NCBI GenBank assembly: GCA_043228905.1
Contig: JBHGNT010000001.1
Coordinates: forward strand, 12,648,001-12,712,000
Length of the DNA: 64,000 nt
Reading direction: 5' to 3'
Origin: Azolla caroliniana
Lineage: Eukaryota > Plantae > Polypodiophyta
Positions within the stretch are counted from its first letter, which is position 1, and each line of letters begins with the position of its first letter. Positions 1 to 10,862 of this stretch are shown here, piece after piece. The notes under the pieces are model-generated. The model saw only the letters and a list, made by a program, of their open reading frames with translations, was not told the DNA's origin and ran no database searches. Made by a program: the position numbers and the translations under genes.

Positions 1-1121
1 GACGAGGGCGGCATGGTTTCGGATAACGAAGAAGTCGGCAAGGACTTCTTCGGGTCAGCCAACGTAACAACAAGAAAGGGGAGCACTCCGGCGCTAAACG
101 AGTTCGACGAGAGCAAATACGATGGAGAGTGGCTCCGAATCGGGAGGTTCCTACGGACGATGACGCCGGACGCGGCATGGACGAGAGAAGAGGCCGGCCA
201 GGTGCGGAAGAAGGCGTACCGGTTCTTCCTACGGGAAGGGCGCATATGGAAGGACCCGAAGAAGCGAAGAGGCACCCCACTCCGCGTAGTGGCGAGGGAG
301 GACGACCAGAAAGTGCTGCTTATGGAGTACCACGAGAGTCCTTGGGCCGGACATTGCGGAACATGGGCCACATTCGAGAAGTTGAAGGGGAAGTACTAGT
401 GGCCAGGACTATACCAGGACGTGCATCGGTTCGTAACGACTTGCGAAAGCTGTCAGATGCACTCCGTAGTCTGACATCGAGACGAGCTTCACCCGACCTA
501 CCCTCCGACCATCCACTTCAAGTGGATGGTGGATCTGGTGACCATGTCGATGGGGGTAGGGCAGATGCGATATCTGGTGCTGGCTCGGGAGGACCTGACG
601 AACCAGGTGGAAGGCCGAGCGTTGTAGAACAAAACGACCGCGTCCGTGTGCCGGTTTCTAATCGAAGACGTGGTATGTCGGTACGGGTGCGTCGGCAAGA
701 TCGTGGCTAACTGCGGAGAACTAGACGCGCAAGAGGCTGAAGAGATGTTTGACCAGCTAGGGGTAAAACTCTCGCTCACCACAATGTACAATCCAGAGGC
801 TAACGGGAAGGTGGAATGTGGACATGGACCGATCGTCAAAGTGTTAGTACGGGCGTGTGGAGGCCAGGTCGGAAACTGGCCGCGGCTCTTGCCCTATGCG
901 TTGTGGGAGGACCAGACTACACACAGTTCGGTAACAGTGTTCATGCCGGCGGAACTAATGTACGGGCAGAAGCCGATCATGCCGGTGGAAAGGATGATTT
1001 CTTCGTGGGCCGTGGTGGGCTGGAAGGACGAAATGAGACGGGAAGAGTTGTTGGCGGCGCGGATCCAACAACTCGAGCGGAGGCCGGAGGATGTGGAACG
1101 GGCGAAGGAGAAGCTGCGCGC
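1..1121 (+). pseudogene. Ty3/gypsy pol fragment (integrase zinc-binding and core domain) of element A, interrupted by element B
   Basis: ORFs 13-399 and 646-1167 are in one frame with stops: HESPWAGH...C..C zinc motif, YNPEANGKVE, WPRLLPYALW. The reading frame resumes after 7188. Confidence 0.9.
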
Positions 1122-1555
1122 TGTTACCGGCCGGCAAAGGAGTCCAGAGTGGGAAACAGAGAGCTAATTAAGTAGTAGGAATGTGGTTGTAACTAAGCTA
1201 TGAGTGTGGACGGACGGACCGGAATCGGTATGCCGTTCCGGATTCGGACCGATCCCGAACAGGTGCGGATGGCACCGTTTTGTAATACAGACCGGAAACC
1301 TATTTAAAGGCCCGGATACAATGTAATAGTTAGTGGTTAATTAATGAAAGCTTAAGCGTTGTTATATCTTTGTGTTAATTGCCGTTCTGTCTTAATTGTT
1401 ATATCTTACGCGTGTTATGAAAGACGATCCTAATAAGTAACTTAACTAAGTCGGATTAAGCGTTGAAGTCTAATCCGGTTGCCGTAACACCCTTTGGTGA
1501 AGTGTCTCACGTAGACACCCTGTGTTAGGCCATTGTCCGGCCCGAAGAGTTAACA
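1122..1555 (+). repeat. 5' LTR of element B
   Basis: Direct repeat of 6754-7187 with TG...CA ends; TATA-like TATTTAAA at ~1302. Confidence 0.95.
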
Positions 1556-1562
1556 CAGTTTT

Positions 1563-1572
1563 TGGCGACCAC
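1563..1572 (+). promoter_or_regulatory. Primer-binding site TGGCGACCAC, probably tRNA-Arg(UCG)
   Basis: TGG-starting motif 7 nt after the 5' LTR. Complementary to the ...GTGGTCGCCA end of plant tRNA-Arg(UCG) as recalled. Confidence 0.65.
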
Positions 1573-1608
1573 GATTCCTGTTTTTGCAGCGAACGACGGC
1601 ACGGATGG

Positions 1609-2258
1609 ATGTCTAGATCAACACACGACCTGGTTACAGATCGAACTCGACGCCTTGCCGAAAGGCAAAGGAGACGCGAGGCTTTCCAGCAAGCGGCGCA
1701 GGAAATTAGAGCGGATCGCTCGTTTTCCAACGTAATCCGGAGAGTAGCAGAGGACTCCCTCTGGTTACAACAAACATCGCACCCGGACGACGGCAGCAGC
1801 CTAAGCAGCCTCGGGAAACCGAATCCCTTCTCCACGCATTGGTAAACGGAGAAGGCGAAGCAAAGGCCTTTTCATCATATGAATCGGACTCCGAAGGGGA
1901 ATACAGCGTGCACACGAACTACCGTAGCAGTAACGAAACCCCGGGCGGACCGGAGGACGAAGGATCGGATACCTTACCGACACCGGAACCGGAACCGGAA
2001 GTGCTAACGCTGGAACCCCCGGAACCAGCAGAAGAAGAACGACCTCCGACACCGGAAGTCGAAGAGGAGAGGCCTCCATCACCAAAGAAAGAGAAACAAC
2101 CGACACCGGAATCAAATCGGGAAAGACCACCGACACCGGAGAAAATTCCGGAACGAGCACCAAAACTACCAGCCCGCGCAGTGATACCGGACGACGACAT
2201 GCCGTTCCAGTACTCCAAGTATAGAGATGATCCGGACGCGGAAGCTCATGTGCACGCC
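1609..2258 (+). pseudogene. Truncated gag N-terminus of element B
   Basis: Pro/Glu-rich region followed by YRDDPDAEAHV, homologous to YTDGPDAEAHI in the gag of element D. Frameshift near 1840; joins integrase abruptly at ~2259. Confidence 0.75.
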
Positions 2259-3447
2259 TTGGAACTGATACTGAGGGAAGCCCACTGCGGAGTTGCCGGA
2301 GGTCACTATGCCGGTGATGCGACAGCGAAGTGGCCTATGGTGGCCAACGACATTAAGATATGCGGTACGGTACGCAAAAGAATGTGACCTATGCCAGAGA
2401 ATGGGCCAGCCAATGGAGCAGGCTCGTATGCCACACCAGCCGGTACTACCACTCGAGCCATTCCAAAAGTGGGGGCTGGACTTTGTAGGACCATTCAAGC
2501 CACCGGCAATGAGAACGGGTAATCGGTCCGTTATCGTTGCTACGGATTACTGCACGAAATGGGTGGAGGCCAAAGCTTTACGGGATAAAACCGCTGCATC
2601 AACGACAAAGTTTCTATATGAGTACATCCGGTGCCATTACGGATGCCCCATTGAATTGATAAGTGACCAAGGGGGGCACTTTCTCGGACAAGTAGTGGAA
2701 AGCCTAACGACCTTCTATGCCGTGGTCCACAAACGAAGCACACCTTACTATCCACAGGCGAACGGATTAGCGGAATCAACAAACAAGACGCTCCAGAACA
2801 TCCTTCGGAAGATCGTCAACAAGAACCGGACGGATTGGGACACAAAGCTACATAGCGCGCTTTGGGCATACCGGACGACATACAAAACGAGCATCTGAAT
2901 AACACCGTTCTGGTTGGCGTTCGGACTCGAGGCGGTCATGCCGGTAGAATTTCAAGTACCTAGCTTACGGATCCAGCTACGAGAACGGCTGAACGAGAAG
3001 GAGTCGGAGACAATAAGGTTGACAGCGCTGTGTGAGTTGGAGGAACAACGGTTGGCCAACATCCTACATTTAGAATTGGAGCAACGGCGACGGAAAGCAT
3101 TCGTCGACCGGCACAGGAAAGGTAACGAAAAAATGTTCGCAATCGGCAAACCAGTGTTAGTATTCCAAACCCGGATGGGCAAGATGCCGGGTAAACTAAG
3201 GTTTAGATGGACCGGACCATATTGGCTAACACGGGAGTATAATGGGTCCTACCAGTTGGGGACACTTGCCAGCGAAGTGCTGGGCAAATGGGTCAACGAA
3301 TTCAGGTTAAAGGCATATAGAGGACCGATGCCTAAGAACCCGTTTGAGCAAAGAACCGACGGCAACCACGAAGACGGCAGAGACGGCAAGCCGGGAACCG
3401 GAGAGAATGAGCCCGGTAATGGTCCGGGAGGACCAACGGACATGTAA
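2259..3447 (+). pseudogene. Integrase of element B (one frameshift, one internal stop)
   Basis: EAHCGVAGGHY...CDLCQ zinc finger, WGLDFVGP, ISDQG, YYPQANGLAE, RWTGPY. Confidence 0.92.
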
Positions 3448-3596
3448 CGTCACACTAATAATAATAATAACTGGAAAAAAAAAAAAACAATCATGCAAAA
3501 GCGAGGAATGAATGGATGAAAGAGCGTGGAGCGAAAAGGTACGTAGTGGGCATTTAAAGCGCCACCACAGGACATAATGCTATTTTAGTACACGAC

Positions 3597-5008
3597 GTGC
3601 ACACACTCGAAAAAGGCGCCAGAATACACAGAGAAAAACCACTGCGCGTAGAGACCCTTTACTTTCGTGAACCCAGGAGCACAGAAGCACCAAGGTGCTG
3701 CAAGATCATCAGACGAGAACCTACGCATAGAGAACCCCCGTCTTCTGAACTCTCTCTCTCTCTCAATCTCACTCTCATCACCATCCAACCTCGCCACCGC
3801 AATCCGACCTCGACATAGACATGGACCCGCAAACGTTGTCGGAAGCCGCCAAGACATGGCTAAAGCAACACGGGCTCGAGGGCTTCTTGATGATGATGGA
3901 AGTACCGCCACACAAAGAAGCCGACAAGGTGATCAAAGAAATCGACACAGAGGTCATAACGGCGGAGGCGATTTGAGCGTTAACAGGCCTTCCGGAGGGA
4001 GGCATACTCACGATTGACAATCCGACCCCGGAGCAACTCATCAGGTATTTTGGTGAGTACTCCCTAGCCAGCAAGGGCTACCGGACACAGGGCGGCGGAG
4101 ATATGCTGTTCCGCGAGATTGCTCGTGTGCTCCACGAATACGGCCATGTGTACCCTAGACCCCCTGTCACGCCGCAGAACCGGGCAGGGATGATCATCGC
4201 CACCTATGAAGGGATCAAGGTGGATTGGCCGGTATTGATTGCAGACGGGTTGTGTGCGGCGATCGAGATCGTCAGAGGCAAAGACGGCAAAGAAGGCCGA
4301 GACATGCACAAATTCGAAAAAGGCACCAGAATGCACAGACAAAAACCATTGCGTGTAGAGACCCTCTACTTTCGCGAACCCAGGAGCACAGAAGCACCGA
4401 AACGCTGCAAGATCATCAGACGAGAACCTGCGCACAGAGAACCCCCGCCTTCTGAACTCTCTCTTTCTCAACCTCGCTCTCATCACCATCCATCCTCGTC
4501 GCCGCAATCCGACCCCGACATAGAGATGGACCCGCAAACGCTGTCGGAAGCCGCCAAGACATGGCTGAAGCAACACGGGCTCGAGGGCTTCTTGATGATG
4601 ATGGAAGTACCGCCACACAAAGAAGCCGACAAAGTGATCAAGGAAATCGATACAGAGGTCATAACGGCAAAGGCGATTCGAGCGTTAACAGGCCTTCCGG
4701 AGGGAGGCATACTCACGATCGACAATCCAACCCCGGAGCAACTCATCAGGTATTTTGGTGAGTACTCTCTAGCTAGCAAGGGCTACCGGACACAGGGCGG
4801 TGGAGATATGCTGTTCCGCGAAATTGCTCGTGTGCTCCATGAATACGACCACGTATACCCTAGACCCCCTGTCATGCCGCAGAACCGGGCAGGGATGATC
4901 ATCGCTACCTATGAAGGGATCAAGGTGGATTGGCCGGTATTGATTGCAGACGGGTTGTGTGCGGCGATCGAGATCGTCAGAGGCAAAGACGGCAAAGAAG
5001 GCCGAGAC
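3597..5008 (+). repeat. ~705-bp tandem duplication covering the promoter region and N-terminus of the extra ORF
   Basis: ATGGACCCGCAAACG occurs at 3821 and 4526. Both units end in GGCAAAGAAGGCCGAGAC (4303 and 5008). Confidence 0.92.
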
Positions 5009-6699
5009 GGACGAAGGATATGGCACGTCGTAATGCAGTGGCTCACCTTGCTGGTGCCACCCGTTCAGACCGTCCAACCCAAGAAGCGAGGAAGAGTGCC
5101 GGACGGCACCCCAAGGACGGCTTCCAAACGGCAACAGTTGTTGGCCTCTAAGGCCAGTAAGGGAAAGGCGGTGAATGCAGAACAGGCGGCAGCAGGAAGC
5201 GGAAGCCGGAAGCGCCCAACGGAGGCGCAGGAGGAACCACCGGCACGGCCCGTAAAGGTCACACTCCGCCGACTAGTGAATCAAGAAGTGGACCCCTTGG
5301 CGGCAAAACTCAATGCCAGAGCTCAGGAGGAGGAAATAGAGGAGGAGCCTACAGAGCACCTCCAACGACGGTCGTCGGCAAGGACCGTTGAGACAGCCGG
5401 GAAATGTTCGGACCCTCAGACGGAGGGAACACCGGCTCCCCATACTGAGACTCCCACGCCAAGGAAGGAACCGGAACCGGTGCAGATGGCACCGGAAACA
5501 GAAGCCCCGGCACCACCGGCAACACCGGCAAGTCCCATCCCGCCAGAGCCGGAAAGGTCACTGCAGCCTCCCTCGGTCAGCCAAGAAGAAGCACAAGGGG
5601 AACCAGGACAGCAGGATGGTCCACGGGTAGAAAAGGAACTGCAACTCGGCGCAACCAGGCGGGACCACCCCTCTACAAGTGAGCCCATCTATCAAACCTC
5701 CGTGCAAGCACAACAAGGCACCGGTAGCCTGTGGCTCCGGTGGATAAGCGAATAGATAGCCGGAGCAGTGGGGTATATAGAGGCGGAAGAAAGAGCGCAA
5801 AGCGAACGGTTGCTCGTCACAACCGAACAACTAGAGACGGCCCGGTCCAGAATCCGGTGCCTTGAAAAAGATTTGGATCAGGTCACAATAGAGATGGCCA
5901 AAATACGGATCCAATCACCGGTGACTCCGGTAAGTGTACAGAATAATGAAACGGAACGACCTGTACATAACAATAAGACCCCGGCAACGGAAACCGTTCT
6001 GGTGAGAGATGCGGCGCAAACTCGGGAGCTTGCGGAATTGAGAGAGGAACTTGTCGCACAAGAAGCGCTAAGGAGCCGTGAACGAGAATTGAAGACGGCG
6101 GCCGAAGCCGAAGTAAAGAAGACTACTGAGAACCTCCGCCGGGCAGAGGAGAGCCTCCGGAAAGGCCATCAAGCGTACGACCGGCTAAAAGAGGAGAAAG
6201 ACAAAGTGCTGCAGGAAAAGGACAAGCTGCGGAAAACGGCGGAAACAGAGATTGAACGGCTAAAGGAAGAGCTCCACCAGCAGAAGGACCTCGAGGACCG
6301 GGCCCGTCGTCAGATCAACGCACGACTCAAGCAAAAGACGGATGATTTTGAGCACCTGCACCGGGACTACAAACGGCTGGAAACGGAGCATAAAGAACAG
6401 ATGGCCGAGCTCCAGCAGGCAGTTGATCGGGCCGCGACGGCGATCGCCGACGAATGGGCGGAAAATACAAGACGCTTGGAAGAGGCGGAGAAGGTCCGGA
6501 TGGAGCTCCAGAGGCAGCAACAGGAAGACAAAGAGAGAGCGTCAACAGTATTGCAGAAATTAGAAAGTACATATCAAAGGCAATTGACACATTACAGACA
6601 GCAACAGAGCAGCAACAGCAGCAACAACAACAACCACTTCCAGATGAACCATTGGAGCCTCTCGAACAAAGCATTCTGGACATTTTGGACAAAGAATAG
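4526..6699 (+). pseudogene. Extra 3' ORF of element B: conserved N-terminal domain, Pro/Glu linker, long coiled coil
   Basis: ORFs 4103-5755 and 5768-6799 share a frame, separated by one TAG. The probable true C-terminus is in frame 6454-6699 (KAIDTL, compare KAIGTL in element D). Homologous to 31579-32090. Confidence 0.8.
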
Positions 6700-6709
6700 C
6701 AAGGGTCGG

Positions 6710-6751
6710 TTGTGGATTCGACGTACAAGGTACTGTCCCACGGGCGTGCCA
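6710..6751 (+). other. tRNA-Arg 3'-half mimic ending in CCA, located where the PPT should be
   Basis: TTGTGGATTCGA-c[GTAC-AAG-GTAC]t-GTCCCACGGGCGTGCCA, then 2 nt, then the 3' LTR. No purine tract is present. Confidence 0.8.
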
Positions 6752-6753
6752 TG

Positions 6754-7187
6754 TGTTACCGGCCGGCAAAGGAGTCCAGAGTGGGAAACGGAGAGCTAAT
6801 TAAGTAGTAGGAATGTGGTTGTAACTAAGCTATGAGTGTGGACGGACGGACCGGAATCGGTATGCCGTTCCGGATCCGGACCAATCCCGAACAGGTGCGG
6901 ATGGCACCGTTTTGTAATACAGACCGGAAACCTATTTAAAGGCCCGGATACAATGTAATAGTTAACGGTTAATTAATGAAAGCTTAAGCGTTGTTATATC
7001 TCTGTGTTAATTGCCGTTCTGTCTTAATTGTTATATCTTACGCGTGTTATGAAAGACGATCCTAATAAGTAACTTAACTAAGTCGGATTAAGCGTTGAAG
7101 TCTAATCTGGTTGCCGTAACACCCTTTGGTGAAGTGTCTCACGTAGACACCCTGTATTAGGCCATTGTCCGGCCCGAAGAGTTAACA
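6754..7187 (+). repeat. 3' LTR of element B
   Basis: Direct repeat of 1122-1555, followed by TSD CGCGC. Confidence 0.95.
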
Positions 7188-7535
7188 CGCGCAGCAAGGG
7201 AGCGAAACAAAACCCGGTTCGACCGGACGCACCGACTATGACCGAAGAAGATCGAGGAAGGCGACTGGGTGCTGGTTTACGACAGTAGTCTCGACAACCA
7301 ACACAAAGCGGCCCGCAAATTCGTGAGGAGATGGTTCGGGCCCTACATGGTGACGAGCACGAACGACAACATCACGTACCATCTTGCAGAGCTCGACGAG
7401 ACACGATTGGCGGTGCCGGTAGCCGGGAAGCGGATTAAAGTGTTCAAGAAGCGGTACGAAGACGAGCCAGAGCGGGGGAGCGATAACGACAACGATTGGT
7501 TCGGGGACGACGATAGTTCGGAGGGCGACGAGTGA
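7188..7535 (+). pseudogene. Integrase C-terminus of element A
   Basis: EGDWVLVYDS...RWFGPY (GPY/F module); continues the frame broken at 1121. Confidence 0.88.
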
Positions 7536-7609
7536 ACGCGAGCCGGTTTTCTCCGGTGTCTGTCCCTCTCCGGCGCATACCGGTGGATGCGCATTTTGGT
7601 GGGAGTGGA

Positions 7610-8220
7610 TGTCGTGAAGAAAACCGCCCAGAAGCGGAATCGGCGAGGCAGGGCGCGTTAATACCTTGTACATAACTAGGAGTAGGACGGTGGGTGCAAA
7701 GAGACTAGGTGTGACACATTGAATGTCTAGGAAATCAAGGAGTATCTCTGCCCAAAAGGACAAGGAATAAATTGATGAAAACAAGGGTGCGATGGCTGGC
7801 CTCGACGGCCTATAAAAGGGAAGGAAGAGGGAAGATGAAGGTATCGCATTTTTGGGAGCGAGGACGAAGTGTTGTCGGACTGGGACCGAGCTCTCTCCTC
7901 CATCATTCGTCATTCTCTGCAGGACTTTGGACTGAGTTACCTCTGCTTCGTGGACAGCCCGTGTGCTTCTGGCAGAGGCTCCACAGTGTAGTCGGGGTTG
8001 TGTGCATGCGTGAGCATCGTGTGTGTGTGTATTCGCCTGAGTTGGGTCCGTTGCCGGCTTGCCGGTTGTAATCGATATTGATTTTGTAATTAAGACTCGG
8101 TTCTCTCTCTCTTTCTCCCTCTGTGTTTCTGCAAGCGGCTCTCTCTCGCTCTTCTTTCTCACACTCCTTGGTTCAAGGCCCCCGTGGTCCCACCTCTTTC
8201 TGCACGCGAAGAGCGTAACA
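7610..8220 (+). repeat. 3' LTR of element A, preceded by PPT-like GGTGGGAGTGGA at 7598-7609
   Basis: Starts TGTCGTGAAG, TATAAAA at ~7811, CT-rich R/U5, ends GCGTAACA. The partner LTR lies outside the window. Confidence 0.75.
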
Positions 8221-8378
8221 ACTCGACAATGTCGAGTTCACCACTTTATTATGTCGTGAAAATCCATCACTATGAGCGTATCGTGAGGCGGAACCGCCGG
8301 GGTTATGGACGGGAAGGAAATAGGGCTCACACGCACAACCCAAGGCTTACACAAACAAGGCACAAGTATTCGAACGTG

Positions 8379-9502
8379 TTTGTGAAAAGGAGAGGTGCAT
8401 GGGCAAGCCTGAATCAACCCTTAGTCACAAGGCGAATGAATGCACGTGAGGAAGGCTTACACATGGAAACACGAGGAAAACGCTTACTTACACACACGAC
8501 ACATATTACAGAGTTTCGAATTCTTTTGTGAAAAGAGAGGTGCATGGGCAAGCCCGAACGCTCCCTTGTTACAAGACACGCGAACACAGAAGGAAAAGGC
8601 TTACTTACACACACAAGAGACAGAGTTTCGAATGCCTTTGTGAAAAGAGAGGTGCATGGGCAAGCCCGAACGCTCCCTTGTTACAAGACACGTGAACACA
8701 CAAGGAAAAGGCTTACTTACACACACGAGAGACAGATTTTCGAATGCCTTTGTGAAAAGAGTGGTGCATGGGCAAACCCAAACACTCCCTTGTTACAAGA
8801 CACACAAACACACAAGGAAAAGGCTTACTTACGCACACGAGAGACAGAGTTTCGAATGCCTTTGTGAAAAGAGAGGTGCATGACCAAGCCCGAACACTCC
8901 CTTGTTACGAGACACGTGAACACACAAGCAAGGTTTACACACATGAGACACAATTTCAAACGCCTTTGTGAGAGGAGAGGTGGATGGGCAAGCCCAAACG
9001 CTCCCTTGCCACAAGTCACACGAACACACAAGCAAGATTTACACTAACATGTAAGACACGAAAGTTTGAATGCCTTTGTGAAAGGAGAGGTGCAGGGGCA
9101 AGCCCGAAATGCTCCCTTGTCACAAGACACACAAACAATTAAGCACAAATGACAATAACATATAAGACACGTAAGTTTGAATGCCTTTGTGAAAGGAGAG
9201 GTGCATGGGCAAGCCCGAAACGCTCCCTTGTCACAAGACACACAAACAAATAAGCACAAATGACAATAACATATAAGATACGTAAGTTTGAATGACTTTG
9301 TGAAAGGAGAGGTGCATGGGCAAGCCCGAAACGCTCCCTTGTCACAAGACAAACAAATAAGCACAAATGACAATAACATATAAGATACGTAAGTTTGAAT
9401 GACTTTGTGAAAGGAGAGGTGCATGGGCAAGTCTGAAATGCTCCCTTGTCACAAGACACACAAAACAAATAAACACAAATGACAATAACATATAAGACAT
9501 GT
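8379..9502. repeat. Tandem array, left part, 10 units mostly ~104-112 bp, with a conserved hairpin core
   Basis: Recurring core TTTGTGAAAGGAGAGGTGCATGGGCAAGCCCGAAACGCTCCCTTGTCACAAG. Follows an LTR-like start TGTCGTGAAA at 8252. Confidence 0.92.
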
Positions 9503-10862
9503 TGTCGTAGTGTATTTCGTACACTACGTGGAAAACGTATAAAATGACCGATTAAATAAATATGAAGAAAAAGAAAGAAATATCAAAATATATATTGCAT
9601 GAATAGGGCAAGATTCAAACCTTGTACCTCCATGTTAATAATGTAAAGCCTTACCATTACACTAACAGATCATTAGTGTCAAAAAGTAGATATCCCACAT
9701 AGAAAGGTAAGTTCACGCTAGGATAAACTTTAGGAAAACGCATAATAAAAGAAAAAAGCTACACATGCACATCTAGTGTGCATGAACACTATAGTCCATA
9801 AAAAACGCATGACTTTAGAAAAAGCATGTTAGAGAAAGCATATAGTCTACTAATAGAAAAAGCATGGAGGGCATAACTGGAGAAAAAGCATGGATTGCCA
9901 AGACTCTCTCATCACTATATAAGGATGGGGAGCACAATGTAATAAGGGGGTGGAATATTTGGAAATTGGATATATTTCTAAAAACACCAATTAATAAACT
10001 ATATTCGTGGGATTCACGAAATAAACTATACTCGTGGGATTCACAAGGTTTCTATATCCTTCTCTTTCAATCTACATTCATATTCTTACATAAATATTGA
10101 TTAATATAATACTTGTAGGATTCACAAGTTTTGATCTCTTTTCTCAATCTACTCTAATCTATTCTAAATTATTTCAATTTATTACTACGTTTAAGATAAA
10201 CTGAAACAACTATACTTGTGGGATTCACAAGTTTCTATCTCTCTTTCTAATAATCTATTCATAACTAGACTCATCTCAAATTCTTCCTCCTCTTAGTCCA
10301 AAACCCCAATGGATCCCACTCGACTCACACAACGATCTGGCGCTGAAAGGCACGCCACAGTTGGTGAACCCGACGTGAAGACGGGTCGCAAGGAGATGGT
10401 GAATCAACAAGAGGCAATGAACACGATGATGATGATGTTCGAGCGGATGCTACAAGAACAACGAGCGATGTTGGAGATCACAACGGCAGTAAAGCGGCTC
10501 GTACAACGAAACGGACAATTCAACGGAAACGATGTGTCACGTTATCTATGTGACTACAAGGGGGAGAAAATTATGGATGAAAAATCATTAGGGTTCAAAA
10601 ATAATGATTAATAAAATAAACTATGCTTGTGGGATTCACAAGTTTTCTATATCTCTCTCTTTCAATCCAAATTCATATTCTTATCTTTATATTGATTAAT
10701 CTAATAAAATACATTATACTCATGGGATTCACGAGGTTTCTATCTCTCTTTCTTAAATTCTATTGATAACTATACTCGTCTCAAATTCTTCCTCCTCCTA
10801 GTCCAAAACCTCAGCGGTTCCCACCCGACTCACACAATGATTCAGCACCAAAATGCACGATA
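9503..10862 (+). mobile_element. Family C LTR element, internally deleted: 5' LTR 9503-10357, tRNA-Trp PBS 10362-10379, gag start, partial 3' LTR
   Basis: LTR homologous to 24037-24749 and 32870-33634. PBS TGGTGAACCCGACGTGAA. 4-bp TSD ATGT/ACGT. Inserted into the satellite. Confidence 0.88.

Larger units (their letters stand above)
1122..7187 (+). mobile_element. Element B: non-autonomous non-chromovirus Ty3/gypsy LTR retrotransposon with an internal deletion of most of gag, PR, RT and RH
   Basis: 434-bp LTRs (TGTTA...TAACA) at 1122-1555 and 6754-7187 with about 8 differences. 5-bp TSD CGCGC at 1117-1121 and 7188-7192. Contains a PBS, a gag remnant fused to integrase, and an extra 3' ORF. 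Confidence 0.95.

Noticed and set aside
4526-6699. Retroviral env gene
   Set aside because: It occupies the env position, but no signal peptide or transmembrane helix is visible.
6710-6751. Genuine tRNA gene
   Set aside because: Only the 3' half is present, the T-loop is interrupted, and CCA is encoded; treated as a mimic. The LTR A/B-box motifs also lack a full cloverleaf.
1-7600. Bacterial contamination or horizontal transfer suggested by high GC and dense ORFs
   Set aside because: All recognisable proteins are LTR-retrotransposon domains with LTRs and TSDs.
7236-8162. 308-aa minus-strand ORF and many similar antisense or overlapping ORFs in the track
   Set aside because: Shadow frames of TE coding sequence, LTRs or microsatellites, with no recognisable motifs.
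8221-8237. Palindrome ACTCGACA-A-TGTCGAGT as an LTR-LTR junction
   Set aside because: Too short, and the A LTR end fits better at 8220 by comparison with family C.
9075-9130. Hammerhead ribozyme or retrozyme in the satellite core (GGGC-AA-GCCC-GAAAC)
   Set aside because: It resembles stem II plus GAAA, but the catalytic CUGANGA box and a stem III/UH cleavage site are absent.
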